Shown here piece after piece: positions 60,826 to 64,000 of a DNA stretch of 64,000 nt (the stretch's first letter is position 1; each line of letters opens with the position of its first letter). Below the pieces are notes generated by a model. The model searched no databases. It was not told where the DNA came from and was given only the letters and a program-made list of their open reading frames with translations. Location: positions 10,021-74,020 of the forward strand of contig JBDTZG010000024.1 of NCBI GenBank assembly GCA_040005235.1, written 5' to 3'. A program made the position numbers and the translations under genes. This stretch comes from Acidobacteriota bacterium. Its GTDB lineage: Bacteria > Acidobacteriota > Thermoanaerobaculia > Multivoradales > UBA5704.

Positions 60826-61584
60826 TTACAACGCTTCGGGCGCGAGCTCGACCGCCATCAAGATCGAGGCATAGCGTACCGCAGCGCGCGGGCCGGCGAT
60901 CGCGGAAAGCCCGACGTCCCGCGCCCACGTTCCCGGTGTCAGGCCGAGGAGGTACAGGCCGCGGCGGAGCCGCGGCATGCCGGACTCTCGATCGATCGTG
61001 AATCGCGTGGTGAAACGGGAAACCAGCCCTGCGGTATCTCTGACTGCCAGACTGAGCTCCAGTGGCGACTCCTGGGCGTGCTCGAATTCGAAGCGGACCG
61101 GCGGGCTGGGGTTCCATCCGCCGCGACGGCGGAGGCTCCAGGCCGCGAAGCGGTTCGGCCGGTCGTCGATCGGATCGAACGAAGGAAAGATCACGTCCAG
61201 GTCCGCGGCGAGAGGCAGCAGCTCGCGCTGCTTCGCTTCAAACGCCGTCGGCGGGTAGAGACCCCGGATTGCAATGCGGAGCGGCCGGCCATAAAGCTCG
61301 CCGTCGCCCGCCCACAGAGAATCGGCCGGTACGACCCGAAGGCCGGTTTCGGCGTCGGCCTCAAGGCCGGGGCGGCGCACAGCTCGCGGCAGACGCTTCA
61401 GGCTGCGGAGAGTTTCGCTGCCGTCGACGTAGCCGACGGAGAGCGGCGCGGTTTTACCCTCCTGCGCCCACGCGAACGTAGGCAGCGACGCGCCGAGAAT
61501 TCCAACCGAAGAGAGCGTTAAAAACTCGCGACGGCTCCACTCCTGCACCGACAAGGAACGAACGACAGAGATCGAAGAAGACAT
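60826..61584 (-). CDS. Tat-signal secreted hypothetical protein
   Basis: SRREFLTLSSVGILGASLPTFAWA twin-arginine signal. Confidence 0.55.
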   Translation of the reverse strand: MSSSISVVRSLSVQEWSRREFLTLSSVGILGASLPTFAWAQEGKTAPLSVGYVDGSETLRSLKRLPRAVRRPGLEADAETGLRVVPADSLWAGDGELYGRPLRIAIRGLYPPTAFEAKQRELLPLAADLDVIFPSFDPIDDRPNRFAAWSLRRRGGWNPSPPVRFEFEHAQESPLELSLAVRDTAGLVSRFTTRFTIDRESGMPRLRRGLYLLGLTPGTWARDVGLSAIAGPRAAVRYASILMAVELAPEAL

Positions 61585-61801
61585 GAGATGCCTCGCAGAG
61601 GTTCAGGAGCGAGAAGAGCCGTCCCTGAGCCGGAAGTTGCGCCGGACAATGCGGGCACGCTAGCACACCCCGGGCGCGGAAGGCGCACGGAATCAACACT
61701 TTAGACAGCCGGTACATGTGCGATCGAGCGAAGTAGAGAGCGGGCGAACGGCTCCCCTCGCGGGAGGAGCACGCTCTACTGCAGAAGCCTCTAAAGAGGC
61801 T

Positions 61802-62323
61802 TCAAGTGCGCGGGGGGTAGACGCCCTGAAGGGCGATGTTGAAGTAGAACGTCAGGTACGGCTGCAGGTTGTTGTGCGGCTGGTCGCCGCCTGCGGGTGG
61901 AAGTCCCTGATCCGACATCGGGACCAGCGGTGCACCTGCGGGAGGCACATAACCGTTGCCGGCTGCCGGCCTCGCGAAAGAGTTGCTGGCGGCGCTGGTT
62001 CGGTTGCCAGGGGCTCCCAGTGACATCAGGGGATGACTATGTGAAGGGATTTCACTTTCTAGCAGGCTGACAGTTTCGCTGCCGCCAGTCTCGCCGAGGT
62101 CATGCAGCGAAAGGCCAGGACCTTGCCCCGGGTGCATCGGCGCTCTTCCTTGAAGGTCGGGCAAGGCGAAGTTGGACTTTCCATCACCCCCGTACGTCGT
62201 TCCCAGGAGCGAGAAGAGGGCGGTGTTCTGAGACAATGGCAACAGCTGTCCGTCGCACCACGCCCAACCCTTCGGCGCGAAGTTGAACGGGAAAATGCGG
62301 ATTTCTGCCACAAACGGGTCCAT
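61802..62323 (-). CDS. phage tail collar domain protein (MdpB-like), copy 1
   Basis: FVAEIRIFPFNFAPKGWAWCDGQLLPLSQNTALFSLLGTTYGGDG...FALPDLQGR is a canonical tail-collar domain. Confidence 0.8.
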   Translation of the reverse strand: MDPFVAEIRIFPFNFAPKGWAWCDGQLLPLSQNTALFSLLGTTYGGDGKSNFALPDLQGRAPMHPGQGPGLSLHDLGETGGSETVSLLESEIPSHSHPLMSLGAPGNRTSAASNSFARPAAGNGYVPPAGAPLVPMSDQGLPPAGGDQPHNNLQPYLTFYFNIALQGVYPPRT

Positions 62324-62331
62324 GTCTCCTC

Positions 62332-62835
62332 CTAGGTCGGGCTCGGGAAGATCCCGAACAAGGAAATGATGAAGTCAACGCAAAGATAAGGCTGGAAGTT
62401 CGTATGAGGCTGACTTCCACCTGTCGATCCGATCGACTGCGGTGCCATCGCCGCGGCAGGGGCTCCTGACTGATAGAGGGTGGCTGCCGACGATTCAGCA
62501 GGAAGGTTGTTGTTCGCATTCGGATCGTTTCCCACCGAGTTCGAGCACAGAAGAGGATGGCTGTGGGCTGTGATCTGGTTTACCGTGAGAGTGATCTCTT
62601 CCGCGCCTCCGGTCTCCGCCAGGATAAAGCCGCTGCCCTGGTGAGCTGGGATCCGGCCCCGCAGGTCGGGTAGCGCGAAGGTGCTCTGACCGTCGCCGCC
62701 GTAGGTCGTTCCGATCAGTTGGAACAAGGTCTCGTTCTCGGAGATCGGCAGAAGCTGCCCTTCACAAAACATCCATCCGGCCGGGGCAAAGTTCCCGGCG
62801 AACATTCGAATCTCTCCGACGTATGGTTGGGCCAT
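62332..62835 (-). CDS. phage tail collar domain protein (MdpB-like), copy 2
   Basis: YVGEIRMFAGNFAPAGWMFCEGQLLPISENETLFQLIGTTYGGDG...FALPDLRGR. Confidence 0.8.
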   Translation of the reverse strand: MAQPYVGEIRMFAGNFAPAGWMFCEGQLLPISENETLFQLIGTTYGGDGQSTFALPDLRGRIPAHQGSGFILAETGGAEEITLTVNQITAHSHPLLCSNSVGNDPNANNNLPAESSAATLYQSGAPAAAMAPQSIGSTGGSQPHTNFQPYLCVDFIISLFGIFPSPT

Positions 62836-62844
62836 GCCGGTCTC

Positions 62845-63348
62845 CTAATTCGGACTCGGGAAGATGCCCTGGAGGGCAATCGAAAAGTTCAGGATCAAGA
62901 AAGGCTGCATGTTCAGGTGCGCTTGGGACCCGCCGACATTCGCGACGGTTCCACCGATCATGGCCGCCAAGTTCGTGGGCGCGAGGTATGGATTCGCCGG
63001 TGCCTGGCGACTCAAGAGATTCGCCGTTGGGATGGGCTGTGACGCGTCCGTTGACGTGGCGTTGAGCGTGTGCGTATGCGTCGGAAGCTCGGCGATGCTG
63101 AGCGTATGGGCCTGTTCGCCGCCCCGCTCGCCGAGGGTATGCCCGCTGCCTACGTGAATCGGAGTGCGACCGCGAAGGTCGGGCAGCCCGAAGTTGACAC
63201 GACCGTCTCCCCCGAAAGTCGTCCCCAGGAGCGAGAAGAGCCCCTGGTTCTGGTTGATCGGGAGCAGCTGCCCATCACACAGCGCCCAGCCTTTGGGTGG
63301 AAAAACGAAGCTCATGATCCTTATTTCGCTCAAAAACGGTTCTGCCAT
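62845..63348 (-). CDS. phage tail collar domain protein (MdpB-like), copy 3
   Basis: FLSEIRIMSFVFPPKGWALCDGQLLPINQNQGLFSLLGTTFGGDG...FGLPDLRGR. Confidence 0.8.
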   Translation of the reverse strand: MAEPFLSEIRIMSFVFPPKGWALCDGQLLPINQNQGLFSLLGTTFGGDGRVNFGLPDLRGRTPIHVGSGHTLGERGGEQAHTLSIAELPTHTHTLNATSTDASQPIPTANLLSRQAPANPYLAPTNLAAMIGGTVANVGGSQAHLNMQPFLILNFSIALQGIFPSPN

Positions 63349-63416
63349 TTCTACCTCCCCTGGTTAGCATGTCCAGTCCGCCACAGTTCATTCATCTCTC
63401 CATTGAGGGCGATGCA

Positions 63417-64000
63417 CTACGGCGGCGTAGTGATCGGCCCGGCAATCAACGCCACCCCCGGATCAGCGAACATCGTGCCGGTGTTGTGGCTCTGCATCTC
63501 AGCTGTGGCTGTACCGCTGGCGGGCGCGTTATCGATCAGTTCGGCCGTTGCTCCGCCGAGCTCTTCGTAGACGAACCACGCCGCGTTGCCATCGAAGGTC
63601 GGGTAGTCGTACGAGCCGTTTGGACCGACCGTCGAGGGCACTGTATTGGTTCGGATGTCCGCGCGGACCCTGGCCGGACTGCCTTGATTGTCCGCGGCGA
63701 GGAAAATTGCAGCAAGCGGGAAAGACGCTGCCGGCGCATTGTTTTGCGCGTCATTGTTGGAGACCGTCACGTCGTTCGTCGAGACGATTCCCAAGCCCGT
63801 CGTCGTAGAGCCGAGGAATTGCATGTCAACAGCTCGGCCACCTGGGGTCTGCCGGATCACGTTGCCATCGATCAGGAGAGTGGCCGTGGTTCTGCCTTGG
63901 ATCACCACCCGAACGCCGTTGCCGGTAGACGATCCCGAGCCGGCAACGCCGATGTTGCCGATCGTGTTGCCCTGAATCCTGCCCTTGATCGTGCCGCCTG
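63417..64000 (-). CDS. parallel beta-helix repeat protein, 5'-partial (continues beyond the window end)
   Basis: The reading frame stays open to 64000 upstream of the listed M (…GNTIGNIGVAGSGSSTGNGVRVVIQGRTTATLLIDGNVI); Gly/Thr/Asn-rich beta-helix-like repeats. Confidence 0.55.
   Translation of the reverse strand, partial: GGTIKGRIQGNTIGNIGVAGSGSSTGNGVRVVIQGRTTATLLIDGNVIRQTPGGRAVDMQFLGSTTTGLGIVSTNDVTVSNNDAQNNAPAASFPLAAIFLAADNQGSPARVRADIRTNTVPSTVGPNGSYDYPTFDGNAAWFVYEELGGATAELIDNAPASGTATAEMQSHNTGTMFADPGVALIAGPITTPP

Overview
High-GC (about 65-70 percent) bacterial chromosomal segment, densely coded on both strands. By inference only, it looks like an Acidobacteriota- or Gemmatimonadota-like soil bacterium: large BNR/Asp-box repeat proteins, a tricorn-type protease and many ECF sigma/anti-sigma pairs. 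Housekeeping content: a panBCD operon, thiG, tRNA-Asn, a futalosine-pathway radical SAM enzyme, a deoxynucleoside kinase, two ABC ATPase/permease pairs, and a GT2/GT-C glycosylation locus. At least four lower-GC, apparently horizontally acquired modules are embedded in this backbone. (1) About 960-2800: a promoter, a Panacea-domain (DUF4065) antitoxin-like gene with an overlapping small ORF, an XRE-type HTH gene and a 20-bp iteron-like tandem array. (2) 35169-38270: a translationally coupled DUF4365-like / unknown / SIR2-like three-gene operon next to mazEF; this is a candidate undescribed NAD-targeting defence system. (3) 55192-57918: a tight operon of a TM-anchored THEP1-like NTPase, a GTP cyclohydrolase II homologue and a thymidylate-kinase-like P-loop kinase; this is a candidate undescribed nucleotide-targeting system. 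It is bounded by a 62-bp tandem repeat array (58180-58510). (4) Three tandem phage-tail-collar (MdpB-like) paralogues plus a beta-helix protein at the window end. Type II TA loci are present: vapBC, mazEF and an orphan addiction-module antitoxin. Around 30.6-31.9 kb there is a decaying region with a frameshifted/truncated FGE-sulfatase-like remnant and a 21-bp tandem repeat. All family assignments are from motif recognition by eye; no database search was possible.
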